Positions 19,970 to 28,737 of a stretch of DNA of 64,000 nucleotides are shown here, in pieces. The translations under genes and the position numbers were made by a program. The notes beneath the pieces are model-generated. The model saw only the letters and a program-made list of their open reading frames with translations, ran no database searches and was not told where the DNA came from. Source of the DNA: an uncultured Holophagales bacterium (GTDB lineage: Bacteria; Acidobacteriota; Thermoanaerobaculia; Multivoradales; UBA5704); contig CAWJGT010000034.1 of the NCBI GenBank assembly GCA_963842525.1, positions 160,001 to 224,000 of the forward strand, written 5' to 3'. Position 1 is the stretch's first letter. Each line of letters starts with the position of its first letter.

Positions 19970-20581
19970 TCAGCTGACCGCAGTCTCTTCGCGCCGCGAC
20001 CCGGAGAGCTCCCGAATCGCCCTTTCGATCCCGCGCAGGACGTCGACCTGCCGGTCGTCGCAGCAGTCCTTGTCCGGGCGCGGCCACGACTCCAGGACGT
20101 GGTGGTAGACCCGGAGATACTTCTTCTCCTCATGGGGAATCGGCTCGCCGTTCGGGTCCTGCAAGTAGAGCGCGACGACCCAGGTGGCGAAGGACTCGGG
20201 GCTCATGTCGTCCGAGTAGATGATCTCGCCCTTGGTGATGATCCTCTCGGCGCAACGCTTGATCGAGACGATCGTGTACTCCACCAGCTTGACTTCGTGG
20301 TGATCGTTGTCGCAGCAGCAATCCGACATTTTGCGTTCCTCCTTGGCTTGCTTGGTGGCGCCGACCCCCTGCGCCCGTTGGTGGTCCGTATACGTTCCAG
20401 CCCCCGGGAATCCCGTACCCGGAGCATTCGGAGCATTCGGAGCATTGCCAGCCCAGATCGCGCTCTGAGCACTGTGCCCGCCCGGTTGCTGCAGACCCCG
20501 CATCGCCGTGGCGAGCAGGTTGATGCAGCCGGTGAGCATCGAGACCGGCAACCACATCATCTGGCCGAACAACTGCATCAT
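19970..20581 (-). CDS. Hypothetical protein with 'FATW...KKYLRV' domain
   Basis: VKLVEYTIVSIKRC..FATWVVALYLQ..KKYLRV..WPR shared with 17761..18666. Confidence 0.75.
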   Translation of the reverse strand: MMQLFGQMMWLPVSMLTGCINLLATAMRGLQQPGGHSAQSAIWAGNAPNAPNAPGTGFPGAGTYTDHQRAQGVGATKQAKEERKMSDCCCDNDHHEVKLVEYTIVSIKRCAERIITKGEIIYSDDMSPESFATWVVALYLQDPNGEPIPHEEKKYLRVYHHVLESWPRPDKDCCDDRQVDVLRGIERAIRELSGSRREETAVS

Positions 20582-20593
20582 TCGTGCACCTCC

Positions 20594-22219
20594 TCAGCCG
20601 GCGCGGCGCGCAACCCAGAGCAAAAAGCCCCCGAACACCAGGAAGAGGGCTGCGGCGATTTCGTCTCCCCGGCCGGCGAGCGCTCCCGACTCGGCGAGCC
20701 GGCGCAGCACGAGGGCCGCAGCCCCCAGCACCATCAGCAGGGAGGCGACGACCAGAGACGAGCTCCCCTGCGGGCGCGGCCGGCGGCCAGGCTCCGCGAC
20801 GACGGACCGGTCACTCCCTTCGGCGGCCAGGGTGAGCAGCTCGTCGAGCTTCTGCGGCAGCACCGACAGCAGGGCGGCGTAGCGGTCGAGCTGGCCGCCC
20901 CAGTGGTCGGGACGGATCGCGTCCCGCACCTGCGAGAAGCTCGTCAGCACCCGGACCTCCTGGAGGCCTTCGAGGAGCGCATCCATTTCGGGAGCCAGGC
21001 CCCGGGCGGCGGCGGCGGTCGCGAAAAGGCCGCGGTAGAAGACCAGCAGCTGGTAGCGCGGCCGGTAGCCGCAGGAGCGCGCGACGCGCGCATAGACGAA
21101 GAGGTGCTCGGCCAGGCTTTCGCCGCCGGCGCTCCAGGCGCCGTCGCGAAAGGGGACGATCTGCCGTAGCTGCAACCGGAGCTCCTCCTCGGAGGCGGCG
21201 GTCCCCTCCGCGAGCATTTCGGGCAGCAGGCGCGTGCAGGCCTCGTCCGGGTCGCGCGCCGCCACGGCGATCACGAACCCCAGCAGATCGGCCTGCGCCG
21301 CCGCCGGCGGCCGCACGAAAGCGGCGCCCTGCCAGCCGATCCGCCCGTCCGGCAGCACCCGGACGTCCTCGGGGCCCAGCTCGACGGGAAAGGCGCGGCC
21401 CAGGAGGGCCTGTCGCAGCCAGACGGAGCAGAGATGGCGCACGATCTCCCGCCGGTCCGGCCCCCCCAGGCTCCGCGCTCCCACCCGGCCGATCTCGCCG
21501 AGGGACACGCCGCCCAGGTCCGCGGTGGTGAGCAGCCGCGAGGTCGTCAGATCGGGGAACACTGACGGCACGGCCAGGCGCCCGAAGCCTGCCGCATCGC
21601 CAGCCAGCAGCTCCAGGGACCGGGCCACGGACCGGAAGCTCGTCTGCTCCTGGAGGTCCTGCCGGAAGCCGGCGACCGCCTCTTCGGCGGCCAGGGCGCT
21701 CCAGCCGTTGGCGGCCAGGGCCTCGGCGACGCGGGAGAGCATCTCGAGATCGAGCGCGAACGCCTCGTCCTCCTCGGTCCGGACCAGACGCAGGATCACG
21801 GGCTCGCCGCTCGCCAGCCGTCCGCGGTGGACCTGCACCAGCAGGCGGGACTCGTAGGGAGTTTCCTCCAGTGCGGCGAAGGCCTCGGCAGCGGGAGCGC
21901 CGAGCTCGGCCGCGATCCGTTCGCGCACCGCGCCGATCGGCAGCGGCGCCGCCCGGCTGCGGATCGCCGCCAGCGCCAGCCCCTCGCTCGCGGTCACGAG
22001 GTCGATCCGCGAGGCCAGGTAGGCCCCGAAGGCCGTGAAGACCGGCCCCAGCTCCTCGAGGGCCCCCTGCAGACGGTGGACGAGGGACGCGTCGGCGGGC
22101 CCGGCCCCGGGGCGCAACGGGCGGGGGCGGCGCAGCAGCTCCCAGCGGGCGAGGCAGCTCTCGACCTCGCGCCTGCGTTGCTGCGCCGCCGGCCGGCCGG
22201 CTCGCCGCGGCTGCATCAC
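20594..22219 (-). CDS. AarF/ABC1/UbiB-like pseudokinase with C-terminal TM hairpin
   Basis: ABC1 scaffold (LEELGPVF, IAAELG, VQVHRG, LAVPSV) but KxGQ, VKV, HADxHxxN and DFG are all replaced. Confidence 0.75.
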   Translation of the reverse strand: MMQPRRAGRPAAQQRRREVESCLARWELLRRPRPLRPGAGPADASLVHRLQGALEELGPVFTAFGAYLASRIDLVTASEGLALAAIRSRAAPLPIGAVRERIAAELGAPAAEAFAALEETPYESRLLVQVHRGRLASGEPVILRLVRTEEDEAFALDLEMLSRVAEALAANGWSALAAEEAVAGFRQDLQEQTSFRSVARSLELLAGDAAGFGRLAVPSVFPDLTTSRLLTTADLGGVSLGEIGRVGARSLGGPDRREIVRHLCSVWLRQALLGRAFPVELGPEDVRVLPDGRIGWQGAAFVRPPAAAQADLLGFVIAVAARDPDEACTRLLPEMLAEGTAASEEELRLQLRQIVPFRDGAWSAGGESLAEHLFVYARVARSCGYRPRYQLLVFYRGLFATAAAARGLAPEMDALLEGLQEVRVLTSFSQVRDAIRPDHWGGQLDRYAALLSVLPQKLDELLTLAAEGSDRSVVAEPGRRPRPQGSSSLVVASLLMVLGAAALVLRRLAESGALAGRGDEIAAALFLVFGGFLLWVARRAG

Positions 22220-23583
22220 GCCGCGCCCCTCCCGCCCCAGCCCTCGCGCTGGAGCTGCGCCACGAACGCCGGCAGGTCGCGGTACTCGAAGACCTCGCCC
22301 AGCCGGGCGCTCGCCTTGATCACCGGATAGTACACGTCGAGCGCGGCCGTGAACGGCCCGCGCACCAGGTGGTCCCAGAGCTCCACCAGCCGGCGGTTCG
22401 ACGGCTCCGGCTCGTACCGGCGGAAGGCTTCGAGGAGGGGGGCGTCCGGCGTCGTGTCGAAGCGCATGACCGTCGAGGAGGCCACGCCGTTGGCGAAGGC
22501 GCCGTCGCGCGCCAGCTCGTCGCCATAGGGCTCGATCAGCAGCTTGGCGAGGACGTTCGGATCGCGCTGGGAGACCAGCGTGTAGCCCCAGGCCGCGCCG
22601 GCCACCGCGCTCAGGCGGGCCTGTTCGTCCGGGGCTTCCTGCCCCGCCTGTTCGAAGAGCAACCCGTCCGAGCCCGGCAGGAAGTTGATCGCGCCGAAAT
22701 AGATCGCCCGGCCCGCGCCGTGCCAGAAGTAGCCGCGGAACTCGGGAGCGACCTCCTGCACCGCCCGGTCGATGGACTGCGTCAGCTCGGGGTGGAAGGT
22801 GCGGGTCACCAGGCCGAGCGACTCGACGGCGCAGCCGAGGTATCCCGGACGCGAGTTGTCCACGTCGAGCTCGAAGATCTGGCGCACCGTGTCGCGGAGC
22901 TGCTCGAACGAGGTCTGGTTGCTAGCGTTGCTCAGGAGGTGCTGCGCGATGGACAGACCGATGCCCGCATGGAGCATGGTCAGGCTCTTGTCCGGCAGGG
23001 CGCTCGTCCGCTCGTCGTTCAGGATGCGGTGCGGCGTCATGCCGTGATTCCAGAAGCTGTCGCCGTAGTCGTGCCCCAGGCCCTCCACCGCCCAGAGAGC
23101 GCGGAACGGGCCGAGGGCGTAGGACCGGTCGAGCAGCTCGTAGAGGGGGAATGGCAGAGTCGTGGGCACCCCGATCAGCTTGGCCACGTCGAGGACGAGG
23201 CAGAAGACCTCGCCCTTGAAGCGGATCTCCTCCAGGGCGAGCCCCCCGTTGCCCTCCGCGACCAGGCGGGCCGCCACGGCCGACCGCTGCGCCGCCGCCA
23301 TGGAGGCGTTCAGCCAGAGCGTCGGGTCCAACATCTGCGGACTGAGAAGGCTGGGCCCCATCGTCACCAGGGCGTTCTGCAGGCATTGGCCGACCTGGTA
23401 GATCTGCTTCAGCCAGCTCTCCTCGCCGAGCTGGCCCGACATCGCGCCGGTGACCGCACCGAGGCCTCCGGTGGCTTTCTGGCGCTCCCCGGCCGACGAC
23501 GACAGCAGGCGGAGGAGCTGCTGTGTGCCGTACAGCGGTGCCCCCCAGGAGAGGCTGACCGCCGATTTGGTCAGGTCGCGCAT
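22216..23583 (-). CDS. SFSWAM module + DUF1702-like domain (paralog 2)
   Basis: MRDLTKSAVSLSWGAPLYG; LWAVEGLG, LHAGIGL, FWHGAGRAIYF, FANGVASS. Confidence 0.75.
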   Translation of the reverse strand: MRDLTKSAVSLSWGAPLYGTQQLLRLLSSSAGERQKATGGLGAVTGAMSGQLGEESWLKQIYQVGQCLQNALVTMGPSLLSPQMLDPTLWLNASMAAAQRSAVAARLVAEGNGGLALEEIRFKGEVFCLVLDVAKLIGVPTTLPFPLYELLDRSYALGPFRALWAVEGLGHDYGDSFWNHGMTPHRILNDERTSALPDKSLTMLHAGIGLSIAQHLLSNASNQTSFEQLRDTVRQIFELDVDNSRPGYLGCAVESLGLVTRTFHPELTQSIDRAVQEVAPEFRGYFWHGAGRAIYFGAINFLPGSDGLLFEQAGQEAPDEQARLSAVAGAAWGYTLVSQRDPNVLAKLLIEPYGDELARDGAFANGVASSTVMRFDTTPDAPLLEAFRRYEPEPSNRRLVELWDHLVRGPFTAALDVYYPVIKASARLGEVFEYRDLPAFVAQLQREGWGGRGAA

Positions 23584-23599
23584 GGCCGTTTCCTGCCGC

Positions 23600-24169
23600 T
23601 CAAATCCTCGGCGCGGCCGAGGTCCAGCCCGCGGGCACGTCGATCGGGCTACCGGCCGTGCCGCCGAGGGCGGCGTCCGTCGCGCGGGCGGTCGCGTCCG
23701 CGGCACGGTAGGCCACGTCCGTCATGCCGGCGGCGGTCTGGTAGGCGGCCTCGTCCATGACGGCCGCGGTGCGGTAGGCCGCATCTCCGGCGCTCGCGGC
23801 GGCGCGGTCGCCCTGGCCCATGCTCCCCGGCATGACCTGCCCCATGCCGCGCTCCATGCCCCGCATCGAGCGCTGCATCATCTCCGAGCTCATCCGCATC
23901 CAGGAGGTCGGATCGAACGCCTGGACGTTGAAGACGCTGAACATCAGGTCCGTCACGCCGCGCTGGATCTGGTCGCCGGCGTCGAACAGACCGCGCAGGG
24001 TCGGGCCCAGCTCCTTCCTCATCGTGCCGGTCACGGTGTCGAATCCCTCGGCCGCCTTGTCGAAGGGGCGGCTCATGTCCTGCGGCATCGACAGGTTGAG
24101 CATCTGCTTCAGGCCGTAGAGCGGCATCGCCCAGGAGAAACTCAGCATCGACTTGGTCAACTCACGCAT
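23600..24169 (-). CDS. Small SFSWAM-module protein, Met/Ala-rich (phasin-like composition)
   Basis: RBS AGGAG; MRELTKSMLSFSWAMPLYGLKQM; C-terminal 11-aa D/ExAYxxA repeats. Confidence 0.75.
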   Translation of the reverse strand: MRELTKSMLSFSWAMPLYGLKQMLNLSMPQDMSRPFDKAAEGFDTVTGTMRKELGPTLRGLFDAGDQIQRGVTDLMFSVFNVQAFDPTSWMRMSSEMMQRSMRGMERGMGQVMPGSMGQGDRAAASAGDAAYRTAAVMDEAAYQTAAGMTDVAYRAADATARATDAALGGTAGSPIDVPAGWTSAAPRI

Positions 24170-24209
24170 GGGCAGCTCCTTCCTCTCCTGCAGGTCTCTC
24201 ATACAGATC

Positions 24210-25865
24210 TCATACCAACCTGCGCAAACTGTCGACGAACAGGATCAGGGAGGCTGCGGCAATCAGGAGCTCGGCCGTGAACAGGTTGAGCCCGAGAGCA
24301 GCCTGCTCCCCGGTCATCGTGATGAGCAACGAGATTCCGAAAGCGACCGCGGCGAAGCGGAAGGCCCGCTCCGCCGGTACCGGGTCCCTGGCGGCAGGAC
24401 CGATCGCCGTCCGCCGCTCCCGTGACGTCAGCCTCTCGAGAAACCGGGTGGCACGGGCTTGCCCGTCTTGCGCCAGGTGGCCCACCGCCGCCGACCACTG
24501 AACCATGCGGTCGTACGAGACCAGTTGACTCCAGGACTCCTGGCGGAGGTAACGGTCGCATACCAAGGCCAGATACCCGCCGATGTCGAACCCCGGCGCG
24601 AAGCGGGTGATCAGGCCGTCGATGGCGATCGACGAGCGGATGTATTTGATGACGTCCCGCTCAGGCCAGATGCCGGTGGCGCGGGACAGGCGCAGCATGT
24701 CGAGCATCACCAGGGTGAAATTCTTGCGCAGGCGCCGCTCCTGCCCCTGGTAGTCGTACCACTGATCGGCCATCTTCAGCAGCCCCGCCCGGAAGCCGAC
24801 GGGATCGGAGCTCGCGTCCATGGAGGTGACCTTGAAGAAGGCCTGGCACATCCCGTCGAGATCGCCCTGGGTGTAGGAAAGAGTGAGATTGATCAGATGG
24901 CGGCGCGAATAGTGGCTGAGCACGCCGGTGATGCCGAAGTCGATATAGCCGACGACGTTTTCCGGCAGGATCATCAGGTTCGCCGGGTGGAGATCGGCGT
25001 GGAACAGGCCATGCCGGAAGGCATCGCCCAGGAAGTTCTCGATGATGTTGCGCGCGAAGCGCTGCGGGTCGAAGCCCGTCAGCTCCAGGCGGCGGACGGT
25101 GGTCTCGTCTCCCGTCTCCCGCGCCCGCAGATAGCCGAGCAGGGTGGAGCCCTCGAAGAATTCCATGACCAGAATGCGGCGCGTGGTGTGGCGGCACAGG
25201 ACCTCGGGCACCCGCTCCACCGGGTTGTCGCGGGCGTTGATCCGGAGCTGGTCCATGTAGCGGGCCTCGTTCCGGTAGTCGAGCTCCTCGGCGGTCCAGC
25301 CGATGAACTCGGAGAGCGGCTCGATCATCCAGTAGATGGCCTTGATGCGGAGAGCGCGGATCACTCGGATCATCGTCGTCATCAGACGGATGTCACCGGC
25401 GAAGTCCGTCTTCACGCTCGGCCGCTGCACCTTGACAGCGAGCTTGCATCCTTCGAGGTAGGCGATGTGGACCTGGCCGATGGAGGCGGTGGCGATCGGC
25501 TCGGTCTCGAACGACTCGAAGATCGCGGATGGCGGCGCCCCGAGCTCTTCGACGAAGGTCTGCTCGACCTCGGCGTACCCGAAGGGCGCCACGCGGTCGA
25601 GGAGCCGCGACAGCGCGTGGCAATACTCGAAGGGGATCACATCGGTTTGCAGGGCCAGCATCTGGCCAAACTTGATGAACGTGCCGCCGAGGTCCTCGAG
25701 GACGACGCGCGCGCGCTCGGGGCCGGAGAGCCCCACCTCCGGCAGGCGCCGGGCGAGACGGGGCCAGCGGGCCAGGCGCGGCCCCAGCCCGTGCGCGAGC
25801 CCGTGGAGGACGAGCACGCGGACGATCCAGCCCATCCGGCGGAGGTTGAGCCAGAAGACCCTCAT
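24210..25865 (-). CDS. AarF/ABC1/UbiB family atypical kinase
   Basis: FIKFGQ, ASIGQVH, AVKVQRP, EELDY, FHADLHPANL, IDFG intact; C-terminal TM helices. Confidence 0.92.
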   Translation of the reverse strand: MRVFWLNLRRMGWIVRVLVLHGLAHGLGPRLARWPRLARRLPEVGLSGPERARVVLEDLGGTFIKFGQMLALQTDVIPFEYCHALSRLLDRVAPFGYAEVEQTFVEELGAPPSAIFESFETEPIATASIGQVHIAYLEGCKLAVKVQRPSVKTDFAGDIRLMTTMIRVIRALRIKAIYWMIEPLSEFIGWTAEELDYRNEARYMDQLRINARDNPVERVPEVLCRHTTRRILVMEFFEGSTLLGYLRARETGDETTVRRLELTGFDPQRFARNIIENFLGDAFRHGLFHADLHPANLMILPENVVGYIDFGITGVLSHYSRRHLINLTLSYTQGDLDGMCQAFFKVTSMDASSDPVGFRAGLLKMADQWYDYQGQERRLRKNFTLVMLDMLRLSRATGIWPERDVIKYIRSSIAIDGLITRFAPGFDIGGYLALVCDRYLRQESWSQLVSYDRMVQWSAAVGHLAQDGQARATRFLERLTSRERRTAIGPAARDPVPAERAFRFAAVAFGISLLITMTGEQAALGLNLFTAELLIAAASLILFVDSLRRLV

Positions 25866-27091
25866 GCCGCGCCCCGCCGCAGCTGCGCGACATATGCCGC
25901 CAGGTCGCGGTACTCGAAGATGTCACCCATGCGGCCCTGCTGCTTGATTACCGGGTAGTAGTCGTTGAGCGCCGTCTCGGCGGGGATGCGCACCAGCCGG
26001 TCCCACAGCGCAGCGACCCGCCGGTCGGCCGGCCGATAGCGGATGAACGGCTCGATGTACGACGCGTCCGGCGTCGTGTCGAAGCGCATCATCATCGAGG
26101 AGGCGATGCCGTTGGCAAAGCCGCCGTTCTGCGCCAGCTCCTCGCCGTTGAGCCGGAGGAGCAGGTCCGCCATGATCTGCGGGTTTCGCTGGTTGACGAG
26201 CGCGTAGCCCCAGGCCGCTCCGGCCCAGGTGTTGAGGAGCGCCGCCTCGTCGGGAGCCTCGTGCCGTGCCATCTCGAAGATGGTCCAGTCCGAGCAGGGA
26301 AGGAAATTGATGAGCCAGAAATACAGCAACCGGCCCACGCCGTGCCAGAAGTAGCCGCGGACCTCCGGCGCGATCTCGCGCAGCACCTGGTCGACGGCCG
26401 GCACCATGGTCGGACGCAGCAAGCGGGTGGTCAGGCCCAGGTTTTCGTAGACCGCCCCGGCGTAGCCGGGCGTGGCGTTGTCGTGGTCGAGGCGGACGAT
26501 CTCCGCGATCATCCGGCGGATGTCCGCGGCCGGCGTGTCCCAGCGCAGCCCGCCCGGGAACCCGGCGAGATTGCCTTCGTAGGTCTTGCGGGCGATGGAC
26601 AGCCCGATGCCGGCGTTCAGCATGGGCAGGCTGCCGGGCGGCAGGTCCCTGGTGACCTCCGTCGACAGGATGCCATGCGGCGCCGTGCCCTGCTCCCAGA
26701 ATCGGTCCCCGTAGCTGTGCCCCAGACCCTCGATGGCCCAGAGCGAGTAGAACTCGCCGAGCCGCCCATAGGCATTGGCGACCATTTGCGGCAGCGGCAG
26801 GAGACCGTGGGGGGGTGCGCCGATCAGCGGTCCGACCGCCGGCACGAGCACGAAGATCGCGCCCTTGTTCCCGAGCTCCTTGGCGCTGGTCCAGACATTG
26901 CCGCCCGCCAGGAAGAGGCGGAGCCCGGCGGTCGCCCGCGAGATGGGATTCCCCGTCAGGGTGAGCGCCACGAACGGGTTCAGCACCTGGGGCGTGGTAA
27001 GCCCCTTGGCCATGCCGGCCAGCAGCGAGACCACCTCGTTGCCGAATTGGAAGGCGCCTCTGACGATACCGCTAGTCTGCTGTTCGCTCAC
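25862..27091 (-). CDS. DUF1702-like helical protein (paralog 3), first gene of operon
   Basis: LWAIEGLG, LNAGIGL, FWHGVGRLLYF, AAWGYALVN, FANGIASS; RBS GGAGGT. Confidence 0.75.
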   Translation of the reverse strand: MSEQQTSGIVRGAFQFGNEVVSLLAGMAKGLTTPQVLNPFVALTLTGNPISRATAGLRLFLAGGNVWTSAKELGNKGAIFVLVPAVGPLIGAPPHGLLPLPQMVANAYGRLGEFYSLWAIEGLGHSYGDRFWEQGTAPHGILSTEVTRDLPPGSLPMLNAGIGLSIARKTYEGNLAGFPGGLRWDTPAADIRRMIAEIVRLDHDNATPGYAGAVYENLGLTTRLLRPTMVPAVDQVLREIAPEVRGYFWHGVGRLLYFWLINFLPCSDWTIFEMARHEAPDEAALLNTWAGAAWGYALVNQRNPQIMADLLLRLNGEELAQNGGFANGIASSMMMRFDTTPDASYIEPFIRYRPADRRVAALWDRLVRIPAETALNDYYPVIKQQGRMGDIFEYRDLAAYVAQLRRGAA

Positions 27092-27222
27092 AATACCTCC
27101 CCACCTTGCGGCTCTCCGACGCCTGTCTGGGCGTGATCCTCGCGCAAGATCCAGGCCTGCGCAGAGCTGCGCCCTTTGTCAGAGTACGGTTTAGCTCTGC
27201 TTTACGCAAGGAGCGCGGGGGT

Positions 27223-27898
27223 TCAAAAGAGATCCAACGCCTCCCGCGGCTCGCGCAGGAGGCCCATCTCGTAGGCGAGGCGCACGGCGTCGCGGCGCCG
27301 GTGGACCCGCAGCTTCCCGAGGATGTTGTGCACGTGATTCTTCACCGTCTGCACGGTGATGTGGAGCGCGTGGGCAATCTCCTTGTTGCGCAGACCGCGG
27401 GCCATGAGAGAGAGGGTCTCGAGCTTCCCGAGCGGTGAGCGGATCGCAGCCCTCGGGCAGCGCGATGACCCGGCGGTCCTTCTCGAGGGCGGCGATCCGG
27501 TCCAGGACGGCGGCTGTGATCCGCGGCGAGGAGTGGACCTGGCCGTCGCGCAGGAAGCGGAGCGCCTCGATCAGCCGGTCGGGCGAGGCGCTCTGGAGGA
27601 GGTAGGCTGCCGCGCCCGCCTCGATGAACTCGAGGACGCTTTCGTCCTCGCGCTCCAGCCCGAGGACCATGATCTGGGCTTCAGGAAACCGCTCGCGCGC
27701 GGACCAGGTCAGAGAGAGGGCCTCTGCCGGGCTGTACGACGCGTCGATCAGGATGATCGAGGGAGGGTCCTGGCTTTCCGCGGAAGTGGCACAGAGGCGG
27801 AGCCCCTTCTCCGCCGGCAGAACCGCCTCCAATGCTTCGACGAAAACCCGATCCCCTCCCAGGATCATCACGGAGATGGTCGGCTCCACTTCCTCCAT
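27223..27898 (-). CDS. NarL/LuxR family response regulator with apparent +1 frameshift near 27425
   Basis: REC-like N-terminus in one frame; LTARE continues as LETLSLMARGLRNKEIA...TVKNHVHNIL in another. Confidence 0.85.
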
Positions 27899-27900
27899 GA

Positions 27901-28578
27901 CTACGAGCCCCGCCGCCCCTCTTGCAGCCAACCCTTGGCAAAGGCGTGCCGTACGGCTGCCCAGCGGTTCGGAACGCCGAGCGTCTCCAGGATCTTGTGG
28001 ACGTGGTTCTTGACCGTATGGACGGACAGGAAGAGGCGCTGGGCGATCTCCTGGTTGCTCAGGCCCCCGGCCATCAGGTGCAGGATTTCCATCTCCCGCG
28101 CCGTGAGCTCCAGCACGTCGAGCCGCTCGCGCCGCCGCCGCTCGCGGCCGAGCTCGCCCAGGCGGGAGAACAGGATGTGCGCCACCCGCGGCGAGCAGGC
28201 CATCTCGCCGCGCTCGACCAGCTCCAGGGACGACAGCAGATCCGACAGCGGCTGATTGCGAAAGAGAAAACCCTTCGCTCCGCTCTGCAGGTATTCGAGA
28301 ATCTGCTCCTCGGAATCGTTACGTCCCAGGAGCAGCAGCTTGACGTCCGGGAAGCGGTCCCGCAGGCTCCGGATCCTCTGCGGACCCTCCCCATCAAAGA
28401 GATCGAGGCTCGCCACCAGGATGCCAGGACCCTGCGCCGCGAGCAGGCCCGACATCTGTTCCCAGCTCCCGGCTTCGCCGACCGCCTCGAAACGGCCGTG
28501 CTGGCAGAGCGCCGAAGCGAGCGATTTGCGGAAGAGCTCGTAAGGATCGGCGATCAGGAGCCATAGAGGTCTCCGCAT
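27901..28578 (-). CDS. NarL/LuxR family response regulator (atypical receiver)
   Basis: LTAREMEIL...GLSNQEIA..L.LSVHTVKNHV HTH. Confidence 0.9.
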   Translation of the reverse strand: MRRPLWLLIADPYELFRKSLASALCQHGRFEAVGEAGSWEQMSGLLAAQGPGILVASLDLFDGEGPQRIRSLRDRFPDVKLLLLGRNDSEEQILEYLQSGAKGFLFRNQPLSDLLSSLELVERGEMACSPRVAHILFSRLGELGRERRRRERLDVLELTAREMEILHLMAGGLSNQEIAQRLFLSVHTVKNHVHKILETLGVPNRWAAVRHAFAKGWLQEGRRGS

Positions 28579-28737
28579 TACGACAATTCCCCCCTTTTTC
28601 CCAGAATTTCCTCCAGCAATCTAAAGCGCCGGAGCGCAATACAAAAGAGGCTCCGCAGCCGGAGCGCGTGCAGGGAACACACTCACTTTAGTGCACCCCA
28701 AGCGTTATGGACAAGGGCGCCCTGGGAATGGTCGCGT

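Noticed and set aside
20420-20447. 9-bp tandem repeat (CGGAGCATT x3)
   Set aside because: Encodes a simple NAP linker inside a CDS; no independent significance evident
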